Positions 18,489-27,800 are shown, numbered from the stretch's first letter. The stretch: 64,000 nt of DNA from Oscillospiraceae bacterium (GCA_045612645.1 JAZKZL010000324.1:368-64367); one strand, 5' to 3'. Notes: generated by a model not told the origin, from the letters alone. A program made the numbers and translations.

Positions 18489-19544
18489 TCATCCGAGCAG
18501 CTGTAAAATAGACTGGGGCTGCTGATTAGCCTGAGCAAGCATAGACTGTGCAGCCTGCTGCAGAATATTGTACTTAGTGTAATCCATCATTGTGGATGCC
18601 ATATCTGTATCTCGGATGGTGGATTCTGCCTCTGTCATATTCTCTGCAGTAGTAGTCAGGTTTTCAATCTTATGTTCAAGTCTGTTCTGGATGGCACCGA
18701 AAGTAGCTCTTACCATGGAGACCTTATTGACAGCGCAATCAATTCTGTCGATTGCTACATTTGCAGTAGCCTGAGTTGAAAGATCCAATCCATCAGCTAC
18801 AACTGTTGTACCTGTCATTACGCCGTTCCTGTCATAAGTCTTTTCAATGAGGGGACCAAGACCGAGACCTGCTGCAGATACATCCATATTTGCCTTCAGG
18901 TCACCCATACCGGTGGAAGTATAAGCAAAAGTAAAGTTTACTGCATCCTTGGAACGCGCGCCTACCTGCAGGGTAATGGTCTCACAATATGTGAGATCTG
19001 CTGCTGCAGACTGATATGCATTGGATACCGAAACATTAGTGCCGCCTGTGAGTATAGGCTTTGCGGATGCTGTATAATCAAACAGATGATCTGCCTGCTC
19101 TGTACTGTCAGCCATCTTTCCGCCGTTCAGTGCTATAACACCGTTGAAATCTGTATCAGAGATCTGATCAAGCTCATCACACAGCTGATTGAATTCCAGC
19201 TGGATAGCAGCACGGTCTGTGGCATCGTCATAAGTACCGTTTGCTGACTCTGCTGCAAGCTCCTTCATTCTGTCAAGAATGGAGTGAGTTTCGTTAAGCG
19301 CACCCTCAAAAGTCTGGATCATGGAGATACCATCCTGAGAGTTTCTCTTAGCCTGACCGAGACCACGGATCTGCGATCTCATCTTCTCAGAGATTGCAAG
19401 ACCTGCCGCGTCATCGCCTGCACGGTTTATTCTTAAACCGGAAGCGAGCTTCTCAGAAGCTTCCTTCATGCTTGCAACGTTAAAGTTAAGTCTGTTATAC
19501 GAATTGAGAGCATTCATGTTATGCTGTACTACCATTCCTGACAT
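18489..19544 (-). CDS. fliC: Flagellin paralogue 2
   Basis: Same conserved D0/D1 termini as flagellin 1; AAGGAGG RBS; own terminator hairpin near 18445-18476. Confidence 0.95.
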   Translation of the reverse strand: MSGMVVQHNMNALNSYNRLNFNVASMKEASEKLASGLRINRAGDDAAGLAISEKMRSQIRGLGQAKRNSQDGISMIQTFEGALNETHSILDRMKELAAESANGTYDDATDRAAIQLEFNQLCDELDQISDTDFNGVIALNGGKMADSTEQADHLFDYTASAKPILTGGTNVSVSNAYQSAAADLTYCETITLQVGARSKDAVNFTFAYTSTGMGDLKANMDVSAAGLGLGPLIEKTYDRNGVMTGTTVVADGLDLSTQATANVAIDRIDCAVNKVSMVRATFGAIQNRLEHKIENLTTTAENMTEAESTIRDTDMASTMMDYTKYNILQQAAQSMLAQANQQPQSILQLLG

Positions 19545-19624
19545 GACTGTTCCTCCTTATCAAAAGCCCTGAATAGTATTTTTTTACTTCAGAGCATAGC
19601 TCTTCTTAATATACTTCATATATA

Positions 19625-19652
19625 ATATCGCTCATTTTCCGATAAACTTTAG
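19625..19652 (-). promoter_or_regulatory. Sigma-28 promoter of flagellin 2
   Basis: CTAAA-N16-GCGATAT, one mismatch from consensus. Confidence 0.8.
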
Positions 19653-19700
19653 CTTTTTCTAAAAAAAATTCAACATTTAATGCAAGTTTTATTTGTACAG

Positions 19701-20678
19701 CTATTTTAATATATAAGATATAAAATCAGCATTCATCAATTTTTTATCCGAAAGATATCCCGCTGTTCTCACAGCTATCGTACTGTCGGAATACAATGCA
19801 CCAGCAATATCGGAGACTGTACATATCAATTCTTCTCTGGATAAAACCAGTGCAGCCGCTCCTATATACGCCTTCATTACAGATGCTGCACTGAATATGA
19901 ATACCATAATATTTTCAGCAGCAGAAAGTTCATCCACCCATCCGATGATACGCCATTCCATAAAAAGAGATTTTACGACATTCCGAACCGCCGATGAGCA
20001 AATATCATCAAACTTATCTGCACATTGTGTCTCAGTAAAGTCTGCCAATATAAGCTTCCATCCAAAAATATCCCCGAAAACATCGTTCAGATCTGCAACT
20101 TCTCCACTTGCAGAAATATCTGCCGCCTTTGCAAATTCGATCAATGCTTCTTTGAGCGTGATACTATCATCCCATAATATCGTTTCAAGCTTTTCCGTTA
20201 TATTGCGTGATTGTATACTATTTTCCGACGTAATTATGGCGGATATACTATTATCAATTGCCTTTTCTTTTGTCAGCTGCATACTGTTTTCATCCCTGAT
20301 AAGTCTTTCTGCCACGGCATAACAGGTTGTCTTACAGCTTTTTATGAATTTGTTTCCTATCAGACGAGTAATAACTGGATACTGGCGGCAGGTGTATGAA
20401 AGATATTCCTGTCCCAGTTGACGGTGTATCTCGCACAATCCATCTTCTAAAAACGGACATACACCTTCCTCATTCATTTTCACTGCATTATATTTATCTG
20501 CAATAGGAAAGGCTTTTTCACATCTTTCATTAAGTTCACCGCAGCAAGCCTTTTTCAGATTTGCTATTTCTTCGGAAGTCCATATTACTGACCATCCGGT
20601 GCAGCAGGTTGCAGGACATTTGTCTGCAATGCAGCTGAATTCTTTTGCTGTTCTGCTCTGTTTTATATAGTATTCCAT
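19701..20678 (-). CDS. fliB: Flagellin lysine-N-methylase
   Basis: Cys clusters FSCIADKCPATCCTGW and CPFLEDGLCEIH...TCRQYP; next to the flagellins. Start moved to ATG 20678 (GAGGTG RBS). Confidence 0.85.
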   Translation of the reverse strand: MEYYIKQSRTAKEFSCIADKCPATCCTGWSVIWTSEEIANLKKACCGELNERCEKAFPIADKYNAVKMNEEGVCPFLEDGLCEIHRQLGQEYLSYTCRQYPVITRLIGNKFIKSCKTTCYAVAERLIRDENSMQLTKEKAIDNSISAIITSENSIQSRNITEKLETILWDDSITLKEALIEFAKAADISASGEVADLNDVFGDIFGWKLILADFTETQCADKFDDICSSAVRNVVKSLFMEWRIIGWVDELSAAENIMVFIFSAASVMKAYIGAAALVLSREELICTVSDIAGALYSDSTIAVRTAGYLSDKKLMNADFISYILK

Positions 20679-20688
20679 ATCCACCTCG

Positions 20689-20726
20689 AAAAAGGCGGTC
20701 ATACAAAATTATGACCGCCTTTTTTT
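20689..20726. terminator. Perfect hairpin with A/T tails between the HD gene and fliB
   Basis: aaaaaggcggtcata-caaaat-tatgaccgccttttt. Confidence 0.8.
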
Positions 20727-21312
20727 ATTTTTCCGATCCTTCCAGGAAATAAGAAGCCTCCATATCAGCAACTGAAAGTGCAAATGCCAACGGATACATC
20801 TCCAGTGCTTTTCCCACAGAATTTTTATCTTCATTGCCGGAAAAGCCCATGTGCCAACGAATTGCCATAGCTTCTTCACGGGTAAGGCGCATAAATCCGC
20901 TTACCATATACACGGATTTTTCGCCATGGCCATAAGGCAGAGTATCATGTATCTCATAATAGGGAACTTTTTCCCACTGACCCGTCTTTTCATTTTTTGC
21001 ATTGCGGTAGCTTACCCGATAGAAATTTACCTTGCAGATATCATGAAGAAGAGCCGTTATTGCAATTGTCTCTGCACTTGCGGTAAGACTGTAATTCTCC
21101 TTTACCCTCTGACGCTCCATATACGCGCACATACACTCGTACACATTCAAAGAGTGACGCAAAAGACCTCCCTCAAATGCATTATGATATCTGGTACTTG
21201 CGGGAGCAGTGAAAAAATCGCTCTTGTTCTCAAGAAAATCCAGCAGTTTATCGGCACCTTCACGCTTGATATTTTCGTTGTATATCTGAATAAATAATTC
21301 TTTATCTGTCAT
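20725..21312 (-). CDS. HD-domain phosphohydrolase
   Basis: FFTAPASTRYH...GGLLRHSLNV, LLHDICK, GHGEKS and AIRWHMG motifs. Confidence 0.9.
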   Translation of the reverse strand: MTDKELFIQIYNENIKREGADKLLDFLENKSDFFTAPASTRYHNAFEGGLLRHSLNVYECMCAYMERQRVKENYSLTASAETIAITALLHDICKVNFYRVSYRNAKNEKTGQWEKVPYYEIHDTLPYGHGEKSVYMVSGFMRLTREEAMAIRWHMGFSGNEDKNSVGKALEMYPLAFALSVADMEASYFLEGSEK

Positions 21313-21317
21313 ATCTG

Positions 21318-22139
21318 TCACCAATAATAAATCCTCTTTCTGTTAAGACATCTGTCTTGTACATCAAAGGTATATTCATATTTTAATATAGTATAATTTC
21401 CTTCGCTTACAGACGCTACTATGTACTGATCCATTATACCTGCATCTATCATATCTATATGAGTACCATACGGGGCAGTTTCCACACCACCATCATAAAC
21501 AGCAAGTTCTGCCAACTTTCCGTCAAATATTGCAAAAAATCTGGCGTATTGAGGTGTTTCCACCTCATTTATTATATGAAAATCGAGCTGGATCAGATCA
21601 GGATATTCATCAACCTTGAATTCCCGCTTATTTGAGATGAGTTCGCAGCCATAAGTAAGATTATCCTTAACGCTCTCCATGATGAGAAATCTGTCATCTC
21701 TCGGAATATTTATTTTATAGGAATCCAGTATTTCTCCGCCATTTATAAGATCTAAACGAAAATCTCCGTAAAGCTCACCTTTTACATAGGTGGTCTCCAT
21801 ATCTGCTTCTGCTGTGCTGTCTATCCTTACTCCTGATATTTGTACAGTGTAATATATACCTTCAGAATATACATTCATGATCGTATAAGATAATCTGTCG
21901 CCCTCTATTTTCGGGGACTGCAATGCTGCGGGGATAAGCTCATCAGGCTCAATATAGGCATCCATAGCAGTAGTGGTTGCAGCAGATGCGGTTGTAGATA
22001 TTTGAGATGCAGAAATTGTTGTGCTTTCTGTTAAGGAAGCAGACGTATCTTTAAATGAACCCGATTGCTGGGACTGTTCCTCAAGATTACATCCACTTAA
22101 CATTAATATAGCAAATAATATAGCCATTCTTTTTTTCAT
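21318..22139 (-). CDS. Lipoprotein of unknown function
   Basis: Lipobox in MKKRMAILFAILMLSGC; Ser/Thr-rich linker; GGAGGTG RBS; promoter TTGATT-17-TATAAT at 22199-22171. Confidence 0.8.
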   Translation of the reverse strand: MKKRMAILFAILMLSGCNLEEQSQQSGSFKDTSASLTESTTISASQISTTASAATTTAMDAYIEPDELIPAALQSPKIEGDRLSYTIMNVYSEGIYYTVQISGVRIDSTAEADMETTYVKGELYGDFRLDLINGGEILDSYKINIPRDDRFLIMESVKDNLTYGCELISNKREFKVDEYPDLIQLDFHIINEVETPQYARFFAIFDGKLAELAVYDGGVETAPYGTHIDMIDAGIMDQYIVASVSEGNYTILKYEYTFDVQDRCLNRKRIYYW

Positions 22140-22249
22140 TGAACTCACCTCCGTATATTTGCTTACTTATATTATATAGAATATCTTATCAAAAATCAAG
22201 CACGTCCTGACACATTTAACTTATTCTGATCTGTAATAAATATTTCGTT

Positions 22250-22765
22250 TTCCTTTTAACATTCAACCTCATTTTGTTGATTTATTTTTTTCAATATAAT
22301 TCTAACTGTTTTTCAACGCACTTTTTATTTATTTCAACATAATATCCATTCAGTATAAAACAGCGGAATTTTAACATTTTCAACTGGGTTTTCAACTATA
22401 AATATTGATTTTACCGTTTTCAACGTGGAATAGTGCTGTTTAATTACTGTTAAAACGGCTGTGTTGATTAAATTTTCAACTAAAAAATAATAATTATTAT
22501 CAATTTCGGCAATTTTCAGTATTATTATTTAAAATCAAAGTTTTTAACAAATTGTATAATTATAAGTTTTACAGATGTTTTAACCTTAGTTTTAACATGC
22601 TGCTGATATTTTTCGTTGAAATGATGTTTTTGAATTATTCACTGAAATAGCGGGATTTTAACATTTTCAACCGAGTTTTTAACATTAGCAGTCCTTTTTT
22701 AACTGTTTATACGCTAAGTTTTACTGTTTTTTACGTTAAATTGTTGAAAATAGGTTAAAATTGTG
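22250..22765. other. oriC, upstream part: AT-rich array of variant DnaA-box-like 9-mers
   Basis: About 20 copies by eye of TTTT(C/T)AAC in both orientations (e.g. 22310, 22377, 22389, 22417, 22473, 22541, 22664, 22676, rc 22742). Predominant gene orientation flips here. Confidence 0.8.
22362..22683 (+). repeat. 35-bp imperfect direct repeat (22362-22396 and 22649-22683)
   Basis: agcggaattttaacattttcaactgggttttcaac vs agcgggattttaacattttcaaccgagtttttaac, 31/35 identical. Confidence 0.85.
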
Positions 22766-22821
22766 TATAAATTCATAAATGAGAACTATAATTATGTTAA
22801 AATATTTTTGAAGGTGATAAA

Positions 22822-23082
22822 ATGATAAAAGGTGTAAACAAAAATATAATTGAAATAAACCCAAGAAATCATGATTATTTTGAAAAGCTAATTATAATTT
22901 TAAAAAACACTCCTGAGCTGCCGGATGAGGAATATCTTCAAAAAAATGCATTTCTGATGATTGGTCAAACCCCTCCCTCTATTATAAATAAACATTCAGA
23001 TACCTTTAAAATGATCCTATATATTCTAATTGGCGCTGTAATTGCACTTCTGTGCTGTTCCGCAACATGTCTATTTGTTTAA
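22822..23082 (+). CDS. Small protein with a C-terminal membrane anchor, upstream of dnaA
   Basis: 86 aa; GAAGGTGA RBS; hydrophobic tail MILYILIGAVIALLCCSATCLFV. Confidence 0.75.
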   Translation: MIKGVNKNIIEINPRNHDYFEKLIIILKNTPELPDEEYLQKNAFLMIGQTPPSIINKHSDTFKMILYILIGAVIALLCCSATCLFV

Positions 23083-23122
23083 TATTCACATATTACTGTT
23101 GAATATTTCGAGTGATTTGTGC

Positions 23123-23151
23123 TTGAAAAAATTTCTGAATTATGTTATTAT
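23123..23151 (+). promoter_or_regulatory. SigA promoter of dnaA
   Basis: TTGAAA-17-TATTAT with TG extension; variant box (rc TATTCAACA) at 23097-23105. Confidence 0.65.
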
Positions 23152-23268
23152 TAAATATGAAACTTTTATTATTTCGTACTATGCCCTCTGATAATAGTTT
23201 TTATATAAAACTATTTGGTCATATACAGTATTAAGGTAATATATCATGAAAGTGGAATGGTGAAAATT

Positions 23269-24633
23269 ATGGATTCTTTATCTTCATTATCGGATATCTA
23301 TAATCTCGTAGTAGAAAATTACGTTAAAGAATATGGTATATCGGTATCTGCTCGTGAATTATGGCTTGATCCTCTTGTGCCAATTGAAATGTCAGGCTCA
23401 AAAGTAGTGCTTGCAACAGAAGACGATTTCAAACGAGATACTCTTTATAGATATTATGTTAGTAAACTTGGAGATCAATTTTCTAATATAATGGGATTCC
23501 CTATTTCCGTTGAGATCATTGTCGATGACAATAACCCTACTATAGTATCTAAATTTGATAACATAAAAAATGATGAGACAGTTTCAAATAAAATAGAAAC
23601 TATGGTAAATGATAACAAGGTTACATATACTTTCGATAATTTTATCGTCGGTCCGTCAAATAACCTTGCTTTCGCAGCTGCAAAGGCTGTTTCTCAGAAG
23701 CAGCATGAAAAATATAATCCGTTGTTCATTTATGGTGATTCAGGTCTCGGAAAAACTCATCTTCTTTCTGCAATACAGAACGAAATGCAGAATAATTACC
23801 CCGGAATAAATATAATTTATATTTCATCCGAGACTTTTACCAATGAATTCTTGCACTCTATTTCTGCTAATACAACTGAGAATTTTGACGAAAAATACAG
23901 AAGAGCCGATGCTCTGCTGATAGATGATATCCAGTTTATTGCAGGTAAAGAGCAGACAGAGGAAAAATTCTTCCATATTTTCAATGAGCTGTACAATCTT
24001 AACAAGCCGATAGTTCTTACTTCAGACCGTCCCGCAAAGGAAATAAAATCTATTTCTGACCGCTTGAAAACTAGATTCTCTTCGGGTCTGGCTGCAGATG
24101 TACGAGCTCCCGAATATGAAACAAGACTTGCTATCATCCAGCGCAAGGCAGAGCTGCTCAATTTCAAGATACCTGATGATGTAGTTGATTTCATCGCAAC
24201 CAAGCTGAAATCCAACATACGTCAGATTGAAGGCGTTGTTACAAAGATGAATGCTCTTTATATGGTATCTAAAATGAAGCCTACCATAGTTGTAGCTCAG
24301 AATGTTATTAAGGATATAGTTTCCGATCATCAGCCTATCCCGATCACAGTTGATAAAATCATCAATGAGGTTGCAAAGATATATAATGTTACACCTGATG
24401 ATATGAGATCCCCTAAGCGTGCCGCAAATATTTCAGCTGCTCGCAAAGCTGCTATCTATGTTATCCAGGATATAACAGGTCTTTCTTATGACGCTATAGG
24501 TAAGGAGTTTGACAGCCGTGATCATTCTACAGTTGTTTATGCTCTCAAATGTGTAAAGAAATCTATGGCAAATGACAGCAGCTATCGTTCTGTTATCGAA
24601 GATATTATAAAGAACATAAAAGCAAACCAGTAA
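23269..24633 (+). CDS. dnaA: Chromosomal replication initiator DnaA
   Basis: YTFDNFIVG, YNPLFIYGDSGLGKTHL, LLIDDIQF and RDHSTV motifs. Start placed at ATG 23269. Confidence 0.98.
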   Translation: MDSLSSLSDIYNLVVENYVKEYGISVSARELWLDPLVPIEMSGSKVVLATEDDFKRDTLYRYYVSKLGDQFSNIMGFPISVEIIVDDNNPTIVSKFDNIKNDETVSNKIETMVNDNKVTYTFDNFIVGPSNNLAFAAAKAVSQKQHEKYNPLFIYGDSGLGKTHLLSAIQNEMQNNYPGINIIYISSETFTNEFLHSISANTTENFDEKYRRADALLIDDIQFIAGKEQTEEKFFHIFNELYNLNKPIVLTSDRPAKEIKSISDRLKTRFSSGLAADVRAPEYETRLAIIQRKAELLNFKIPDDVVDFIATKLKSNIRQIEGVVTKMNALYMVSKMKPTIVVAQNVIKDIVSDHQPIPITVDKIINEVAKIYNVTPDDMRSPKRAANISAARKAAIYVIQDITGLSYDAIGKEFDSRDHSTVVYALKCVKKSMANDSSYRSVIEDIIKNIKANQ

Positions 24634-24888
24634 TATACCTCTAATAATGGCGTTATCAACTGAATTATCAACAAGTTTTCAATAATTATCAACCTGATGT
24701 TTAATATTTTAGGTATTTCAGTTTATTCTTAAAATTTCAACTTTGTATTATTGAAAAATTTTGATTGATTTTTCGCTTGGTTGTGCGGATATTTTTAATT
24801 TCCACATATTCAACAGCCCTTATTATTATGATTATATAATATTATTTATTATTTATATTTCATTTTTCATCAGCGAAAGGAGATCGTT
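24634..24888. other. oriC, downstream part with the basal unwinding site
   Basis: Boxes TTATCAACT (24653), TTATCAACA (24665), TTATCAACC (24686); tandem ATTTCCACA-TATTCAACA (24798-24815), then GCCC, TAT/GAT trios and an AT-rich run. Same layout as B. subtilis incC. Confidence 0.9.
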
Positions 24889-25986
24889 ATGAAATTCAGC
24901 TGTCAGAAAGAAGTACTTTTAAGTGCCGTACAGACTACCTCCAAGGCTGCTGCAGGAAAGTCCAGTATACCTGCTCTTGAGGGTATATTGATAGAGCTTG
25001 AGGGTAATAACCTCACTGTTACAGGCTATAATCTCGATATTGGTATCAAAACTGAAATAGAAGTTAACGGTATTGAAAGCGGAAATATAGTTATCAATGC
25101 CAGAATGGCAGGCGATATTATAAGGAAAATGCCCTCAGGTGAGATAACATTCAGTTGCGATAGTAATAATATGGCTACTATAATCAGCCGTGAAACAGAA
25201 TTTTCTGTTATGTGCATGAGTGCGGATGATTATCCTGTAGTTCCTCAGGTAAATCCCGAAACAAGCTTTTCTGTTCCTCAGAAGATGATCAAGAGCATGA
25301 TAACCCAGACAAAATACGCAGTTGCTGTAACCGATACAAAGCCTGCTCTTATGGGTTGTAAGTTTGAAATAAACGACAATATACTGAATGTAGTAGCTGT
25401 TGACGGTGTGAGAATCGCTCTTCGTCAGGAGCCTGTGGTTTATGATAATATCGAATTTATCGTTCCCGCAAAGACTCTGGATGAGTTAGTTCATATACTT
25501 GCGGATGATAATGATAAAAATATTACATTCTGTATTGATAAAAATCAGATTTCTTTCAGCGTTGGTGATTATATTATGATCTCTCGCCTGATAGATGGTG
25601 ATTTTATCCAGTATAATAAGCATCTTGTATGTAATGATGAGGTATACGCAGAAGTAAACTGCCGTGATATGATCGATATGCTTGATCGTGCTATGCTCAT
25701 CATCAATGAGAAGAATAAGAATCCTATCAGGTGTGAGCTTAACGGAGATATTCTTTCTCTGAGCTGTACAACAGGACTTGGAAAGATAAATGATAAGATC
25801 AATGTTAAATATAACGGCGAGCCTATTACTATCGGATTCAATGCAAAGTATATGCTGGATGCATTTAAAGCGTGTGATACAGATTCTGTAAAGCTTATTA
25901 TGAGCAGCTCTGTTGCGCCTATAATCATTAAGCCTATGGCAGGTACTGAATTTACATTCCTTGTTCTGCCTATGCGCCTTAAATGA
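24889..25986 (+). CDS. dnaN: DNA polymerase III beta clamp
   Basis: SIPALEGILI, VAVDGVRIA, SRLIDGDF, IGFNAKY and LVLPMR motifs; follows dnaA. Confidence 0.98.
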   Translation: MKFSCQKEVLLSAVQTTSKAAAGKSSIPALEGILIELEGNNLTVTGYNLDIGIKTEIEVNGIESGNIVINARMAGDIIRKMPSGEITFSCDSNNMATIISRETEFSVMCMSADDYPVVPQVNPETSFSVPQKMIKSMITQTKYAVAVTDTKPALMGCKFEINDNILNVVAVDGVRIALRQEPVVYDNIEFIVPAKTLDELVHILADDNDKNITFCIDKNQISFSVGDYIMISRLIDGDFIQYNKHLVCNDEVYAEVNCRDMIDMLDRAMLIINEKNKNPIRCELNGDILSLSCTTGLGKINDKINVKYNGEPITIGFNAKYMLDAFKACDTDSVKLIMSSSVAPIIIKPMAGTEFTFLVLPMRLK

Positions 25987-26061
25987 ATAGATCACTGGGA
26001 GAAGATATGTAATATAAGAATGGGTCTCCCGGAAGAATAAAAATGAAGGGACAAAAGAATC

Positions 26062-26298
26062 ATGGAAGAAATAAAAATAGTTACACCTTTTATCAAATTG
26101 GATCAGCTTGTGAAGTTCGCAGGCCTCGCTGAAACAGGAGCAAAGGCTAAGATACTTATTGAACTTGGTGAATTCAATGTTAACGGAGATCTTTGCACTA
26201 AGAGAGGTAAGAAGATCAAGCCCGGCGATGTCATTGATTTCAAGAATAAAAAGTATAAGGTAGTGCTTGATGAAAATGCAGAGATACCTGCAGAATAA
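26062..26298 (+). CDS. yaaA: S4-domain RNA-binding protein YaaA
   Basis: FIKLDQLVKFAGLAETGAKAK...VNG...RGKKI; canonical position. Confidence 0.92.
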   Translation: MEEIKIVTPFIKLDQLVKFAGLAETGAKAKILIELGEFNVNGDLCTKRGKKIKPGDVIDFKNKKYKVVLDENAEIPAE

Positions 26299-26301
26299 TT
26301 A

Positions 26302-27432
26302 ATGATCATAACAAAAATTTATATACGGAATTTCCGTAATATCAAAGAAGCAGAATTATGCTTTGATAAAGAACTGAATATTTTTGTAGGGAAAAACGCA
26401 CAGGGTAAGACTAATCTTATGGAGGCGCTGTCCGTATGTCTGGGCGGCAGCTTCCGCCATGTGCGTTTTTCTCAGTATTTGCCTGCAGATGATCCTAAAG
26501 CAGAAGTAATGATCCGTCTTTATTTCACCGATGATGAGATCACCCGTGAAAATGTGGTGGAGTATTCCATAAATTCAGGAAAAGTATCGGTAAAATATAA
26601 CGGTTTGAAAATGAATGATGCTGCAGAATTATACGGAGTGTTAAAATATGTTGTTTTTATACCCGAGCATTTGAATTTAATAAAGGGAAGTCCTGAGCTT
26701 CGTAGAAATTATCTGGATGATGTGGCGGTAATGCAGACAAAAACTCATCTGAAAAAGCTTTCTAGATATAACAGAGGGTTGAAACAACGTAATAATATAC
26801 TGTCGTTTATTAATCCTAATATAACAGTTGCAGAATTATCTGCGCAGCTTGCTAGTTGGAATGAAGTTCTGGCAGGGGAAGGTATTAATGTAACTTATGG
26901 AAGACTGAAGTATTTTTATTTTCTCAAAGAGTATGCAGCAGAAATATATTCTCAATTAACTGATGGGGCTGAAAAGCTGGAGATGGATTATTACAGCTCA
27001 ATTTTCAAAACGGAAAGTATTAATTTTGATGATGTAAACTATTTGTTTAATAAATATATTACCGAAATGGATAATAATCTTGAATCTGAGATGAAGCTTC
27101 GCTATACTCTGGCGGGAATTCACCGTGATGATATTAATTTCTATATTAACGGTATGGCGGCAAGAGATTTTGCGTCACAGGGGCAGCTCAGAAGCGCTGC
27201 ATTAGCGTTAAAACTATCCGAGGCGGAAATTATACGTCGGAAAAATAAAACTTGCCCTGTGGTCATTCTGGACGATATTCTGAGCGAGCTTGATTATGTG
27301 AGAAGAAATTTCGTTATTAACAATATTGAAAAATCTCAGGTGTTTATTACTTGCTGTAATATTGATGATCTGTCATCTCTAAAAAACGGTAAGACATGGG
27401 TGACTGAAAACGGCACTTTCAGAGAGGTATGA
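26302..27432 (+). CDS. recF: DNA replication/repair protein RecF
   Basis: GKNAQGKTN, GIHRDD, ASQGQLR and ILDDILSELD motifs. Confidence 0.96.
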   Translation: MIITKIYIRNFRNIKEAELCFDKELNIFVGKNAQGKTNLMEALSVCLGGSFRHVRFSQYLPADDPKAEVMIRLYFTDDEITRENVVEYSINSGKVSVKYNGLKMNDAAELYGVLKYVVFIPEHLNLIKGSPELRRNYLDDVAVMQTKTHLKKLSRYNRGLKQRNNILSFINPNITVAELSAQLASWNEVLAGEGINVTYGRLKYFYFLKEYAAEIYSQLTDGAEKLEMDYYSSIFKTESINFDDVNYLFNKYITEMDNNLESEMKLRYTLAGIHRDDINFYINGMAARDFASQGQLRSAALALKLSEAEIIRRKNKTCPVVILDDILSELDYVRRNFVINNIEKSQVFITCCNIDDLSSLKNGKTWVTENGTFREV

Positions 27433-27433
27433 T

Positions 27434-27673
27434 ATGTTTCTATTCCTTGGCGGTGATATAACTGTTCCCGAAAAAGATGTTATAGGTATATTTGATATTG
27501 AAGAATGCTCTGTCAGCAGAATGACTGCGGATTATCTGAATGTATGTCAGAAAAAAGGAAAAGTGGAATATGTATCGCTGGATATGCCTAAATCATTTAT
27601 AGTATGTTCAGATAAGACTTATATTTCAAATGTGTCAAATTCAACGATAAATAAAAGAGCTATAAAAAAATAG
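27434..27673 (+). CDS. remB: DUF370/RemB (YaaB) family protein
   Basis: MFLFLGGD...VIGIFD...PKSFIV...YIS; canonical recF-gyrB position. Confidence 0.85.
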   Translation: MFLFLGGDITVPEKDVIGIFDIEECSVSRMTADYLNVCQKKGKVEYVSLDMPKSFIVCSDKTYISNVSNSTINKRAIKK

Positions 27674-27800
27674 AAAATTGCCTGTGCTAGAAAGCGGATA
27701 TTAACGCACAGGCTTTATTTTTGCGTTTTTAGGGATTTTAGGTGCTTGTATGAGTACCTACTTTTTTATAGTTAAAAATCGATTTTAAGGCTGAAAACGC

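Noticed and set aside
22417-22432. Fourth parS site (TTTTCAACGTGGAATA)
   Set aside because: Only 13/16 match with broken symmetry, and its left half is simply one of the origin boxes.
22250-22765. CRISPR array or plasmid iterons
   Set aside because: Repeats are 8-9 bp, irregularly spaced and in both orientations, with no cas or rep gene; the dnaA context explains them.
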